Shown here one piece after another: positions 1 through 10,174 of a stretch of DNA of 64,000 bases. Location: NCBI GenBank assembly GCA_964291405.2, contig OZ219926.1:4320001-4384000 (forward strand), in the 5' to 3' direction. Position 1 is the first letter of the stretch; every line of letters starts with the position of its first letter. This stretch comes from Thermodesulfobacteriota bacterium (lineage in GTDB: Bacteria; Desulfobacterota; Binatia; Bin18). Both the position numbers and the translations under genes were made by a program. The notes below the pieces were generated by a model. The model did no database searches and was not told the origin of the DNA. It saw only the letters and a program-made list of their open reading frames with translations.

Positions 1-1083
1 CAGGACCATCAGATTGCCGATTCGCAGGTCTTTGGCCGCGTCGGCGAGCATGTCGCGCACCGTCGCCGGGCTGCCGGCAATCACAAAACCTTCGTCCACA
101 AAGTCTTTGAACTTCCAGTTGGGGATGTCATCGAGTTTATCGAAATAGCTCTTGAAGATACCCTTGCGGATATTGTTTTCCAGACTGCGATAATCCTGAT
201 GGCCCGGCGGGAAGAAGTATTCGGGCGGGATATGCAGGGATTTATTGTAGAAGTACTGGATATGCTTTTCATACAAGGCTTCGGCTTTGGCGTCGGTTTC
301 GGCCACGGCCACGAGTTGCAGAAAACCGGCGCGGTAGGGGTTGGGTTCGATGCCGCGATCGCCGATGAACTGCCAGAACCCGTCCATTACGTTCTTGCCG
401 GCCTTGGGGCCGTAATAGCTCAAAAAACAGTAGCAATGGTTGTGCTGGGCGGCAAACTCCCAGGTGCTGAGGCTGCCCAGGCCGGGAATCCAGACGGGCG
501 GATGGGGCTGCTGGATCGGCCGCGGCCAGACGTTGACCTTGGGGAGCTGATAGTATTTGCCGTTCCAGGCGAAGATGTCATCCGCGGTCCAGGCCTTGAG
601 GATCAAATCGTGGGCCTCGTAATAGCGCTCACGCTGTTCAATCGGCGTAATACCCGCACACAAGGTGGCATCCATAGCCGTTCCCAGCGGCATACCGGCC
701 ACCAGGCGACCGCCGCTTATGGTATCCAACATGCCGTATTCTTCGGCTACGCGCGTGGGCGGGTTGGTGGTTGGCAAGGTTGAGCCCATTTGCACCACCG
801 CCACGTCCATGCCATTGGTGGCGCGGGCCAGGACCGAGCCCATCAGGTTGGGGTTGGGCATAAAGCCGTAGGCATTCTGGTGATGTTCATTGACGCAGAT
901 ACCGTCCATCCCGGCTTTGGCGGCATGGATCAGTTCGTCCAGTGACCAGTTATAATATTGGCCGACTTTCTCGGCGTCGCCCAGTTCCGTCCAGGGCGGA
1001 TCGACCCAGACTGAGTGGTATTTTTGCTCAAAATCGTCCGGCAGGTCCCGGTAGGGCATCAGGTGAAACATGGATACTTTCAT
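1..1083 (-). CDS. LLM-class (luciferase-like) flavin-dependent monooxygenase, 3' end outside window
   Basis: Manual minus-strand translation from ATG at 1083: MKVSMFHLMPYRDLPDDFEQKYHSVWVDPPW...GMDGICVNEHHQNAYGFMPNPNLMG; AGGAGG upstream. Missing from the ORF track because it runs off the window. Confidence 0.85.
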   Translation of the reverse strand, partial: MKVSMFHLMPYRDLPDDFEQKYHSVWVDPPWTELGDAEKVGQYYNWSLDELIHAAKAGMDGICVNEHHQNAYGFMPNPNLMGSVLARATNGMDVAVVQMGSTLPTTNPPTRVAEEYGMLDTISGGRLVAGMPLGTAMDATLCAGITPIEQRERYYEAHDLILKAWTADDIFAWNGKYYQLPKVNVWPRPIQQPHPPVWIPGLGSLSTWEFAAQHNHCYCFLSYYGPKAGKNVMDGFWQFIGDRGIEPNPYRAGFLQLVAVAETDAKAEALYEKHIQYFYNKSLHIPPEYFFPPGHQDYRSLENNIRKGIFKSYFDKLDDIPNWKFKDFVDEGFVIAGSPATVRDMLADAAKDLRIGNLMVL

Positions 1084-1263
1084 CCCTGGCCTCCTTTGTG
1101 TGTACTGTGTCCGGCTAGAGTACCAATTGTGGCGTGGTTTGACTAGGCGACCTTAGCGCTGATTCACACGACAGTCTTACGCGAACAGGATAATATAATT
1201 CTTCATTTTTTGTGTTACTATCGTATATACGATCTGGTACACATTAGAAAACAGGAGATTGTC

Positions 1264-1551
1264 ATGCGCTTTGTGAGCGTTCGTGAATTGCGCAACCAGT
1301 CGGCCTCGGTATGGAAGGTGCTATCCGAAGAGAAGGACTTGGTCATTACCTCCAACGGCAAGCCAATCGCCCTCCTGTCGGCGATGATGGAGGAAGACCT
1401 GGAGGCATCGCTGGGGGCCGTACGTCGTGCGCGCGCCCAAGCCGCTGCCACAGCCCTGCAACAAGCTTCTCTGCAAGCCGGGACTGATCGCCTCTCGGTG
1501 GAAGACATCAACGCAGAGATCAACGCGGCGCGCCGGGAACGCGCTCGATGA
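1264..1551 (+). CDS. Phd/YefM-family antitoxin
   Basis: MRFVSVRELRNQSASVW...LVITSNGKPIALL Phd motif; ATGA overlap with the downstream PIN gene. Confidence 0.9.
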   Translation: MRFVSVRELRNQSASVWKVLSEEKDLVITSNGKPIALLSAMMEEDLEASLGAVRRARAQAAATALQQASLQAGTDRLSVEDINAEINAARRERAR

Positions 1552-1973
1552 GGATCGTGCTGGATACAAATGTCCTGGTCTCCGGTCTGCTTTCTCCCTT
1601 CGGCCCTCCAGGAGATATTGTGAGACTGATAACGACTGGGACAGTACGGGTCTGTTATGATGCCCGCATCCTGGGTGAGTATCGTCAGGTCCTCCTGCGG
1701 CCGGCCTTCTCGTTCAGCCAAGTCCAAGTCGAATCCGTGCTGGCTCAACTCGAAGCCGATGGAGACCTCGTGACAGCGCACCCTCTTTCCGAGGGTCTAC
1801 CAGACCCGGACGACGAGGTTTTTCTCGCGGTGGCTCTCGCGAGTCAAGCCCATTGTCTGGTAACCGGTAATATCAGGCATTACCCCGCTTCGCGCCGCCA
1901 AGGGGTGCGGGTCGTTTCCCCGAGAAATTTCCTGGAGTTGTACCGGAAAATGGCAGTGTCTGACGATTTATGA
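1548..1973 (+). CDS. PIN-domain (VapC-like) toxin
   Basis: MRIVLDTNVLVSGLL...PDPDDEVFLAVA...LVTGNIRHY PIN acidic motifs. Confidence 0.92.
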   Translation: MRIVLDTNVLVSGLLSPFGPPGDIVRLITTGTVRVCYDARILGEYRQVLLRPAFSFSQVQVESVLAQLEADGDLVTAHPLSEGLPDPDDEVFLAVALASQAHCLVTGNIRHYPASRRQGVRVVSPRNFLELYRKMAVSDDL

Positions 1974-2027
1974 TTTCTCACCACGTCTAACGAGAACCGC
2001 CCAACAGAGTGACGAAAGCGCTGAGCG

Positions 2028-2639
2028 TTAGAAAAACTTCACGCAATAACTGATCCGCGAAGCGCTGTCGTGGTCGGCATCGGCCGGCACGAGTTGTCTG
2101 TCTTTTACGAGGTCGCGCAGTTCGGTATCAACCACACTCGAAAAGACCTCAAACCCGCGTTCCAGGTAGGCTTTGGGTGGATGCCCGCCCATGAAGGCCA
2201 TGACCGCCCGTGGAGTAGGGGTGGCCTTGGCCGTCACCGCTGCGAACCCGGCCTGCTTGGCCCAGTCCAAAAAATGATCCAAGAGGCTCAGGCCAATGCC
2301 CCGCCCCTGATAACGCGCGTCTCGGTCGTCCGTGTCGTCGAGTTGACCAACGTGGTAGCAGTAAATGGACAGGCTGCGGTCGGGCAGCGCGGGCGCTGCG
2401 TTGCCGAACTCGCCCCAATACAGCGGGTCCCACAGCCCCTTTGGCGAGCGGGTGTCCGCGGCGTAGCGTCGAAACTGGAGTTGGCCGACATGCTGAGTGC
2501 CGTCAAACGCCAATATCGCGCTTGAGCCCAGGTCCCGGATACGGGCACGGACCTCCTGCTCGTCGCCCTGATGACCAATGGGTATGGTCCCAACATCCTC
2601 TGATGTCATGGGTCGGAAGGTAATAGTGTCTGTGGGCAT
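2028..2639 (-). CDS. GNAT-family N-acetyltransferase
   Basis: YQGRGIGLSLL acetyl-CoA motif A; start taken at MPTDT (2639) after GGAG. Confidence 0.75.
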   Translation of the reverse strand: MPTDTITFRPMTSEDVGTIPIGHQGDEQEVRARIRDLGSSAILAFDGTQHVGQLQFRRYAADTRSPKGLWDPLYWGEFGNAAPALPDRSLSIYCYHVGQLDDTDDRDARYQGRGIGLSLLDHFLDWAKQAGFAAVTAKATPTPRAVMAFMGGHPPKAYLERGFEVFSSVVDTELRDLVKDRQLVPADADHDSASRISYCVKFF

Positions 2640-2837
2640 GTATTTTCTCCCTCGAGCGTTTGTAGCGATGCTGTCACAATAAACGGAACGGCCATCAACA
2701 TAAATTCCCCATATACTCTCCTGGACCTGTGCTTGAGACAAGACCCGGACTGTGACAAGCCTGCGAAAATGCAAGCGGGCTGGAGATTGCGATAGAGGAC
2801 TGCGCGGGCGAAGTTCTTCGCCCGCGCGGAGTAGTGT

Positions 2838-4085
2838 TTAGCCGGCGCGCCTTTGGCTGCGCCCCCGGCGAGCCGGATGAGGTTGCCCGCTCCGGGGCCG
2901 TCTGCCGGGGCGCTTGAGCTGCTTGGGCTGCTCGTTGACATCGGGCGCGAAGCCCTCGACCTGCCGACGGGGTATGGGTGAGCCGATCATGCGTTCGGTC
3001 GCACGTACCCAGCCGGAATCGTCAGCCGTCACAAAAGTACATGCCTCTCCACGGCGCTCGGCGCGGCCGGTGCGCCCAAGGCGATGGGTATATGCCTCGG
3101 GTGTGTCCGGTACATCGAAGTTAATCACGTGGGAGACTCCGCTCACGTCAATGCCGCGCGCCACGATGTCTGTTGCCACGAGGATGTTGTGGTGGCGTGA
3201 GCGGAAGCTGCGCATGGCCCGGTCGCGCTGGGACTGGGACAGGTTGCCCTGGAGACCCACGGCCCGGTGTCCGGCCTGACCGAGGCGCTCGGCCAGACGC
3301 CGGGCGCGGTGCTTGGTGCGGGTGAAGACGATGGCCGAGTCGCAGTTGTCTTGGGTGAGGACGTGTTCGAGCAGGGCGTGCTTGCGCTGCTCTGCGACGA
3401 GCACCAGGGCATGTTTGACGGTAGCGGCCGGGGCCATATCGGTTAACTCGACCACGTGCGGAGTCTGCAATAGATCGTCCGCCAGCCCGCGGACTTCTCT
3501 TGGCATAGTGGCTGAGAACAGCAGGTTCTGCCGGCGAGCGGGAAGCGCGCCGAGGATTTTGCGAATGCCGGGCAGGAAGCCCATATCGAACATATGGTCA
3601 GCTTCGTCGAGCACGAGGGTTTCGACCTGGCCGAGGCGGAGTATACCCTGCTGGAGCAGATCAAGTATGCGGCCTGGGCAGCCCACTACGATCTCCGGGC
3701 GCTGACGCAGCGCACTTATCTGGTTGCGCATTGAGACACCGCCGTAGATGGTGGCCATCTTGAGGCGGGTGAACTGAGCCAGTGTCCGAATTTCTTCCGT
3801 AATCTGGCTGGCGAGTTCCCGGGTGGGTGCGAGCACCAAGGCGCGCAGGCCCTTACGGCGTTCTCCGAGGAGCCGGTCGAGCAGGGGGAGGGCGAAGGCC
3901 GCCGTTTTGCCGGTACCGGTCTGGGCTAAGCCGAGTACGTCGTGGCCGTCGAGGCCGGGGGGAATGGTTTTGACCTGGATTGGCCAGGGAGTTTCAAAGC
4001 CGGCGACGTGGATGCCGCGCATGAGGGCTTCGTGAAGCCCGAACCGGTCGAATGTTGCCGGTGCGATTGATACTGAATCAGACAT
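2838..4085 (-). CDS. DEAD-box RNA helicase (RhlE-like)
   Basis: AQTGTGKT, PTRELA, DEAD, SAT, ARGID and HRLGRTGR motifs. Confidence 0.95.
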   Translation of the reverse strand: MSDSVSIAPATFDRFGLHEALMRGIHVAGFETPWPIQVKTIPPGLDGHDVLGLAQTGTGKTAAFALPLLDRLLGERRKGLRALVLAPTRELASQITEEIRTLAQFTRLKMATIYGGVSMRNQISALRQRPEIVVGCPGRILDLLQQGILRLGQVETLVLDEADHMFDMGFLPGIRKILGALPARRQNLLFSATMPREVRGLADDLLQTPHVVELTDMAPAATVKHALVLVAEQRKHALLEHVLTQDNCDSAIVFTRTKHRARRLAERLGQAGHRAVGLQGNLSQSQRDRAMRSFRSRHHNILVATDIVARGIDVSGVSHVINFDVPDTPEAYTHRLGRTGRAERRGEACTFVTADDSGWVRATERMIGSPIPRRQVEGFAPDVNEQPKQLKRPGRRPRSGQPHPARRGRSQRRAG

Positions 4086-4294
4086 AAGTAGATTAATCTC
4101 CGCCGTAGAGGCACGAGTTGCTCCTGTACGGCCGTATTTTCCGACCCAAACAACAGGGAAAGGGAAGAAGGGTTTTTTTAGCGGCGTGCCCTCGGAGGGA
4201 CGGAGAGGGCCTGTTGTTCGCCGCTGTCGAGCGGATGCTCAAATCACAGGAGCTAGGCTACACGGTCTGCGCGATTTGTGCCACCCCACTGGGA

Positions 4295-4942
4295 CTAGCT
4301 CTTGTTTTTGAAGGCTGCGAAATCTCGCTGCATAACCGAATCGACCACGTTGACCGACGGGCGTTCGCCGACCATTTGCAAATACTCACCCAGGCCGGGG
4401 ACATCATTCGTAATGTCCCAGTCGTAGATTTGCGTAGTGTGCAGATTGGTAAAGCGCAACTCGAAATAGGCGGTCAGGTCGGCGAAGGTGAATGTGTCGC
4501 CGGCAATATAGGGCTCGAAGCGGGTGAGTTGCTTGAGCGCCCGCAGCCCGTTTTCCAGCAATGGCCGGGCTGCGTCGTACGCGGCCTGGTCAACCGGCGC
4601 GCCGAAGTACACGGTCGGTACATGGCGCCGGGCCGGTGCGTCGAGATACAGCTCGACAAAGCGGATAATTTCTTTGGCTTTGGCCCTGGCCCAGGGGTCG
4701 CTGGGATACAGCGCCGGTTGCGGCTGGACATCTTCGAGATAGTCAAAGATGACGTTCGTCTCGGTCAGGGTCGTACCATCGACCTCAATATAGGGCACCT
4801 TGCCCATCGGGCTTTTGGCCAGGACTTCAGGGTCTTGGCTCGGCATGATCGAGACTTCCTCAAAGGCGAGTCCTTTTTCGACCAGTGCGGCCTTGGCCGT
4901 GCTGTAATAATTGCTCAGGGTCGTACCGTAGATTTTGATCAT
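4295..4942 (-). CDS. Glutathione S-transferase
   Basis: SPMGKVP...LTETNVIFDYL N-domain; YIAGDTFTFADL C-domain. Confidence 0.92.
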   Translation of the reverse strand: MIKIYGTTLSNYYSTAKAALVEKGLAFEEVSIMPSQDPEVLAKSPMGKVPYIEVDGTTLTETNVIFDYLEDVQPQPALYPSDPWARAKAKEIIRFVELYLDAPARRHVPTVYFGAPVDQAAYDAARPLLENGLRALKQLTRFEPYIAGDTFTFADLTAYFELRFTNLHTTQIYDWDITNDVPGLGEYLQMVGERPSVNVVDSVMQRDFAAFKNKS

Positions 4943-4975
4943 AGTGTGTCCTCCTTGCAGTGTGCGTTCATATAC

Positions 4976-5136
4976 TCAGGGCGGGCAGGTCTCCGCTGGT
5001 CAGATCAATAGACAGGGCTCGTAGATGGTCTGTAAGGTCCCAGCGTCTCGCCTTGCGTCCAGTAATCAGGATACTCGTGGAGATAGCCGAGCCACGCTCC
5101 CTCGTCTTCCCAGTAGACAAATTGTGTCTTATGCAT
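4976..5136 (-). pseudogene. Frameshifted HicB-like antitoxin; no hicA seen
   Basis: MHKTQFVYWEDEGAWLGYLHEYPDYWTQGETL continues in another frame as DLTDHLRALSIDLTSGDLPA* (shift near 5040). Confidence 0.7.
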
Positions 5137-5229
5137 GGTCATCCGCTCTTTTTTCGTCTCTCTCACCGTAAATGTCAATGCGTATGAGCGTACACCCCGT
5201 GGCAAAACGGTGCAGCCCTTGTCTCGACG

Positions 5230-5553
5230 TTACTCCCGCATCGCCTCAATAATACGGGTGAGCCTGAGCAGCTCTTCATCACTGGCATCATTGACCAGCC
5301 CGTCCAGCTTTCGGCGGAGTTCGACGGGAGGATATCCTTCCTCCCGTCGATACTGAAACAATTCGGACAGCGGAACCTCCAGACCCGCGGAAAGGCGCTC
5401 AAGCAGAGCGAGTGTCGGATTCGCCTCTCCCCGCTCAATGACGGCCAGGTAGTTGGTGTTGATGTCGATGATTTCTGCCAGCCGTTCCTGCGTATGTCCC
5501 TTTGATCTTCGCAGGCTTTTAATCCGTTTTCCTAACAGCTCTCGGTCCTTCAT
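5230..5553 (-). CDS. XRE-family HTH transcriptional regulator
   Basis: LGKRIKSLRRSKGHTQERLAE...YLAVIERGEANPTL. Confidence 0.92.
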   Translation of the reverse strand: MKDRELLGKRIKSLRRSKGHTQERLAEIIDINTNYLAVIERGEANPTLALLERLSAGLEVPLSELFQYRREEGYPPVELRRKLDGLVNDASDEELLRLTRIIEAMRE

Positions 5554-5796
5554 ACCCGCCTCGTGGTGCAAGACCAGTATGGATAGACCTCTATGTTAGG
5601 TGAACGCTCTGATAGGGATAGTTTATTGACAATATATCTCTGTTAGTAATAATATATTGTCCTTCAGATATAATTTACGAGCGAAACTATACCTGTCAGA
5701 TACCACGAAAGAGGACGTAAACATTTGTCGTCGGCGGACAAGCGCGTGAACCTGAAGCAAGAAACAAGGGAGGAAAGGAGGAGTGCGGAATGAAGG
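5554..5796 (+). promoter_or_regulatory. AT-rich divergent promoter/leader block, copy 1 of 3
   Basis: Aligns by eye with 10824-11052 and partly with 13641-13705. TTGACA at 5626; inverted repeat GACAATATAT(5628-5637)/ATATATTGTC(5652-5661); strong AGGAGG. Confidence 0.75.
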
Positions 5797-6002
5797 AATA
5801 GCTCGATGCTGAGATCGGAGGGTGGGGCGTCAAGCGGACTATCCCTTACCGGCCTACTCGCAATGAAGGCTCAGAACTGCGTTGGAAGGAACGATATCAT
5901 AGTCTGAAGGAGGAGGAAAAAGTGATGCATAAAATAGTGTGTAGTCAATACGGACCGGCAACTCGCATGTGCCGGGCGGTGATCGGAGAGAGAAGGTTTT
6001 GT

Positions 6003-6584
6003 ATGGGTCGTGTCGTTGGGGTCGTCAGTATCCTGCTCTGCTTTCTCCTGGCTCCCATCGGAGCACAGGGGCAGGAAGAGGGGCAGGAGACCCCGGCCAC
6101 CGCGTATTTTCTGGATGTTCCATACCAGGGAGGACAATACTCTGGCGTGGGCACAGTGCATGGCTGGATATGTGAGCCGATGGGGGACCTGACGGTTCGT
6201 TTCGACGATGGGGAGCCCATCCCTCTGCTCTATGGTGCCCAGCGGGCGGACGTGATGGAAACCGGACAGTGTGACCACGCAGAAGTCGGTTTCGTCACGA
6301 TCTGGAACTGGGGTGAATTGGGAGAAGGGGAACACACCGCACGGGTGTATGATGGTGACATGTTACTCGTAGAGCATACGTTCATGGTCGCCACGTTTGG
6401 CGTGCCCTTCCTCATGAATGCAGAAGGCAGTTGCACCATTGCCGATTTCCCGTCTACCGGGGAAACCGCGCATTTTACGTGGACCGAGGGAACGCAGCAC
6501 TTAGAGCTGGACCCGTCTGAAGACACGGAGGGCGAGGCCGGCGAGGAAGAGGACGGAAGCGAGGACATGGACGATATGAGCTAA
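6003..6584 (+). CDS. Secreted protein made of the shared 'SG(I/V)G..SGW.C' domain plus an acidic tail
   Basis: Hydrophobic signal peptide; domain aligns with the N-terminal domains of 6880-8703 and 13825-14799. Confidence 0.8.
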   Translation: MGRVVGVVSILLCFLLAPIGAQGQEEGQETPATAYFLDVPYQGGQYSGVGTVHGWICEPMGDLTVRFDDGEPIPLLYGAQRADVMETGQCDHAEVGFVTIWNWGELGEGEHTARVYDGDMLLVEHTFMVATFGVPFLMNAEGSCTIADFPSTGETAHFTWTEGTQHLELDPSEDTEGEAGEEEDGSEDMDDMS

Positions 6585-6748
6585 GTGGGTTCCCCGCCCT
6601 TGGTCAGCCTCTTTGGTCGGCCAAAAAGAGGTCGCCCGTTTTTTCCCTCGGGGCGGGTGGCCTCTCTGATTTGCTTACCATGAGGGCTTCATGCACGACT
6701 GGACGAAAGATTGGTCTGCCGGGACCCTCGCCGTGGAAGGAGCAGCGT

Positions 6749-6841
6749 ATGCGAGTGGAATGTCCACACTGTAAAGCCGTGGTGAATTTCAAGCGAGATG
6801 CAAAAGGCCGGTGGGTCGGTACGAAATGGATCCCATTCTGA
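6749..6841 (+). CDS. 30-aa CxxC small ORF, possibly a truncated Zn-ribbon protein
   Basis: MRVECPHCKAVVNFKRDAKGRWVGTKWIPF*, preceded by GTGGAAGGAG. Confidence 0.4.
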   Translation: MRVECPHCKAVVNFKRDAKGRWVGTKWIPF

Positions 6842-6879
6842 ACGAACTCCTACCGACTGTTCCGTAGAGGAGGAGATAA

Positions 6880-8703
6880 CTGTACCGTATTATCGCACTT
6901 ATTCTTGCCCTGTTCATGGTCTCTGAGGCTCACGCGGCTATTCTGGAAAATCCCACACATAATGCCCTGTATTCCGGGATTGGCGTCATTTCTGGATGGA
7001 AGTGTGAGACGTCAGGAGAGTTGACCGTCCGTTTTAACGAAGATGATCCGATCCCCCTGGTGTACGGCAGTCAGCGGCTCGATGTCCTCGACGCTGGCGC
7101 GTGTGACAGTGCCGATGTGGGATTTGTAGCCATCTGGAATTGGGCCAAACTCGGTACCGGAACGCACACCGCAGTTGTCTACGACGATGGGGAAGAGTTC
7201 GCTCGCTCTATCTTCGACGTAGCAACGACTGGAGAAGAGTTTCTCCGGGGGGCAAGCGCGCAAGTGTGGATAGACGAATTTCCTGCACCTGGAGAACGAA
7301 CGCGCTTTGTGTGGAATCAAAGTACACAGCATCTTGAACTCGCCGAAGTCACGGAACAGCCTGGCAATGAGGACGATGGCCCGCAATCTGGCAATGGAGC
7401 GACGGAACAGCCTAGCAACGAAGAAGAGGAAGAGGACCCGCAATATGCTCTTCATAGAGCAGCGCAGAATGGAGACGCAGAAGCGGTTCGGACTCTGATT
7501 GCCAATGGAGCGGACGTACATGAGAGGATTAATACGGGGCGTGATACTCCCTTGCATCGGGCTGCGTCAGGGGGAACCGCGGAGGTCATCGAGATTTTAC
7601 TGGAGGCGGGTGCGCTTGTGAACGCGCGGAACACCTTCGGGGACGCGCCATTGCATCATGCCGCAAGGAACGAAAATAGCGGGGAGATCACCCGGGCTCT
7701 TCTTGCGGGGGGCGCGGATTTGTACGCGGGGGATAGCGAAGATCGTACACCGTTACATTGGGCCGCGAGAGAAGGAAGCGTGGATATGGTCTTGATTCTC
7801 TTGGCGGAGGGTATGGACGTGAACACGCAGAGTAAGTGGGGTGACACTCCGCTGCATTATGCAGCAGGTGGCGGAAATGCAGCGGTTATTCGTATATTGC
7901 TTGACGCCGGCGCGGACGTGAATGCACAGGCTTCTCGGGGAGTAACTCCATTACATCGTGGCGCGGGAAGCGGGGATGCAGAGGTTGTTCGCCTCTTGCT
8001 TGACGCAGGCGCGGATGTGAATGCGCGAGGAAGGGGCGATAACACACCGTTGCACCATGCAACACATGGCGGAAACGTAGAAGTTCTCCGGGCGCTACTT
8101 GACGCCGGCGCGGACGTGTATGCGCAAAATGATGACGGTGACACAGCATTTGCACTCGCCGAAAAATATTCAACTCCCGAAGTGGTCGAGTTTCTCCGCA
8201 ATGAAGGAGGGGCCGGGGAAAGGCCCTGCACGCCAGAAACCACAACTGTTCCAGTGATCCTCACAGGCGGGGGGAATCAAGAATCTCAGTGGGCAATAAC
8301 GAACTCCTGTGACGGCACCACGCTGACCATAGATATTACGGTGTTTGGTCTGATCTTCCATCCTCGTTTCTCAAGCTTCCCACTCGATGCAGCAGATTTG
8401 ATGATCGAACAACACGGGCGTTACTACACGTCCCTGTCAACAACCGTATGGAGTCGTCTGTTAGGGTGGTTCATACAGGATTTCTCATGGACATATGATG
8501 ATGGTGGGGAGAACATAGAAGATTATTTCACGTTATATGGACCTCCTGAAACTGTCGGGACGCCCTACACGGTCACGCTCCGCACGATCGTCACGCTTCC
8601 CATGGACGCCAGCCTCAACTTTCGTGAGCCGTTCAAAGTTTTCTATCGGGATACAATAGACACACTTGACGACCTGGAGAACCCGCTGTTTGAGTTTCCG
8701 TAG
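6880..8703 (+). CDS. Secreted ankyrin-repeat protein (shared N-domain, about 7.5 ANK repeats, unknown C-domain); probable CTG start
   Basis: Repeated TPLH.AA..G..E....LL.AGADVN. The signal peptide LYRIIALILALFMVSEAHA is complete only from CTG 6880, which follows AGGAGG and an in-frame TAA. Confidence 0.88.
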   Translation: MYRIIALILALFMVSEAHAAILENPTHNALYSGIGVISGWKCETSGELTVRFNEDDPIPLVYGSQRLDVLDAGACDSADVGFVAIWNWAKLGTGTHTAVVYDDGEEFARSIFDVATTGEEFLRGASAQVWIDEFPAPGERTRFVWNQSTQHLELAEVTEQPGNEDDGPQSGNGATEQPSNEEEEEDPQYALHRAAQNGDAEAVRTLIANGADVHERINTGRDTPLHRAASGGTAEVIEILLEAGALVNARNTFGDAPLHHAARNENSGEITRALLAGGADLYAGDSEDRTPLHWAAREGSVDMVLILLAEGMDVNTQSKWGDTPLHYAAGGGNAAVIRILLDAGADVNAQASRGVTPLHRGAGSGDAEVVRLLLDAGADVNARGRGDNTPLHHATHGGNVEVLRALLDAGADVYAQNDDGDTAFALAEKYSTPEVVEFLRNEGGAGERPCTPETTTVPVILTGGGNQESQWAITNSCDGTTLTIDITVFGLIFHPRFSSFPLDAADLMIEQHGRYYTSLSTTVWSRLLGWFIQDFSWTYDDGGENIEDYFTLYGPPETVGTPYTVTLRTIVTLPMDASLNFREPFKVFYRDTIDTLDDLENPLFEFP

Positions 8704-8875
8704 CATGGGGAATTCCAACAGGCCGTGAGAAAAACCGGCGGGTTGCATGGACGGATGTCAGTCAGCGCGACCCCCCGGCTCACCGGGGTCCACAGAGATG
8801 CCATCATGCGGCTGAACCCGTGCATCGGCCGTTGAGACTCCGTCAGCCAGCCCGCAGCTCAAGACCAACACCATT

Positions 8876-8934
8876 TTATGTGTCCTCGAACAGCTCCTGG
8901 ATGTGCGCCTCGGGCAGGGGCTGGGTCACTTTGG
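8876..8934 (-). repeat. Displaced 59-bp copy of the SSS gene 3' end (KVTQPLPEAHIQELFEDT*)
   Basis: Near-identical to 20209-20267. Confidence 0.9.
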
Positions 8935-9131
8935 GGACAGGGATAGTTTCGAGCACGATTAAGTCCTTCCCTAATGGCACGGTCAGCCGCCGGGGCAGCG
9001 GCAGTAGGTCAGTGCTGGCGAAACAGATAGCGGCACTCAGAAAGGAACAAGAGATGACCGAGAAAATCCGACAGATCATCGAAGAGGCGGTAAGGTGTTT
9101 TGAAGAGGAGCAGGAAGACCCCCGCATCCTT

Positions 9132-9212
9132 CAAGCTCAGCTCTGTGGCCATACCCTGCGATTAACAGGGATGGGGAACAGGGCATATAAGTCCCCTCAT
9201 TAGGACAGTACC
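9132..9212 (+). repeat. 81-bp direct repeat R, copy 1, ending ATTAGGACAGTACC
   Basis: Matches 10004-10084; the two copies flank mazEF. Confidence 0.9.
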
Positions 9213-9267
9213 ACCTTGCGTTGCGAGTCAACCTTTATTATATTTCAATATAATGTGAGAGGTGCTT

Positions 9268-9525
9268 ATGCATACCACGACTCTGCGCAAGGTTGGCGGT
9301 TCCGTCATGCTCGCCGTGCCCCCGGCCCTTCTGAATCTCCTGCAGCTCGGGGTCGGTGCCAGAGTGGATATCCGGATTGAGGACGGCCGCTTGGTTGTTA
9401 CGCCCAGGACACGTCCACGGTACTCGCTTGATGAACTGCTGGCACAATGCGACGAGACCGCCCCCGTGGCGGCCGGGGATCGCGCCTGGATTGACGCGAA
9501 GCCGGTCGGCAACGAACTGTTGTAA
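9268..9525 (+). CDS. AbrB/MazE (PemI)-family antitoxin
   Basis: MHTTTLRKVGGSVMLAVPP...RPRYSLDELLAQCD. Confidence 0.93.
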   Translation: MHTTTLRKVGGSVMLAVPPALLNLLQLGVGARVDIRIEDGRLVVTPRTRPRYSLDELLAQCDETAPVAAGDRAWIDAKPVGNELL

Positions 9526-9857
9526 TGCAGCGGGGCGACATCTGGCTCGTCAGCCTCGATCCCACGGCCGGCCATGAACAACAAGGGACCCGGCCGGTCG
9601 TGATCGTGTCCCCGGCAGCGTTCAACGAATTGACCGGGACGCCAGTTGTCCTGCCCATCACCACCGGCGGGAGCTTCGCGCGCCGGCGTGGTTTCGCGGT
9701 TTCCCTCGAAGACGCGGGCACCCACACGAGGGGCGTGATCCGCTGCGACCAGCCGCGCGTCCTCGACCTCGCTGTCCGGAATGGGAAACGCCTCGAAACC
9801 GTCCCGGAGCCCATCATGGATGAAGTGCTTGCCCGCCTCGCCGCCATCATCACGTAG
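9525..9857 (+). CDS. MazF/PemK-family endoribonuclease toxin
   Basis: MQRGDIWLVSLDPTAGHEQQGTRPVVIVS; TAATG coupling to the antitoxin. Confidence 0.94.
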   Translation: MQRGDIWLVSLDPTAGHEQQGTRPVVIVSPAAFNELTGTPVVLPITTGGSFARRRGFAVSLEDAGTHTRGVIRCDQPRVLDLAVRNGKRLETVPEPIMDEVLARLAAIIT

Positions 9858-10003
9858 GCAGCTTCGCCGGTGCCCGAGCTTCGTGCGAGACGGACACGAG
9901 GATGCATGCGCGTGCAGTCGGGCCGTGGCAAGAAGAGCGGAGCCGGCCGCGGGCCACGGTGGAATGCCGTGGCGTCGGCGGGAAACTGATGGAGGAGCGC
10001 AAC

Positions 10004-10085
10004 CAAGCTCAGCTCTGTGGCCATACCCTGCGATTAACAGGGATGGGGAACAGGACATATAAGTCCCCAAATTAGGACAGTACCC
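10004..10085 (+). repeat. Direct repeat R, copy 2, ending CAAATTAGGACAGTACCC
   Basis: Matches 9132-9212; the terminal 18 bp are an inverted match (17/18) to 11966-11983. Confidence 0.9.
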
Positions 10086-10174
10086 TTATTTGTTAAACTT
10101 GGCCGTCTCCGGAAGTTCGCGGCGGAGACTGGCCGGCCGGACGCTGAGAACATGGTATTCTGTCAAGACACGGC

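Noticed and set aside
199-871. Plus-strand ORFs 199-783 and 665-871, and other long antisense ORFs such as 27950-29128, 41952-43406 and 61399-62547
   Set aside because: Shadow ORFs opposite well-supported genes in GC-rich DNA; no motifs.
9054-9203. Small ORF MTEKIRQIIEEAV... running into repeat R
   Set aside because: Half of it is repeat-derived; probably a truncated fragment.
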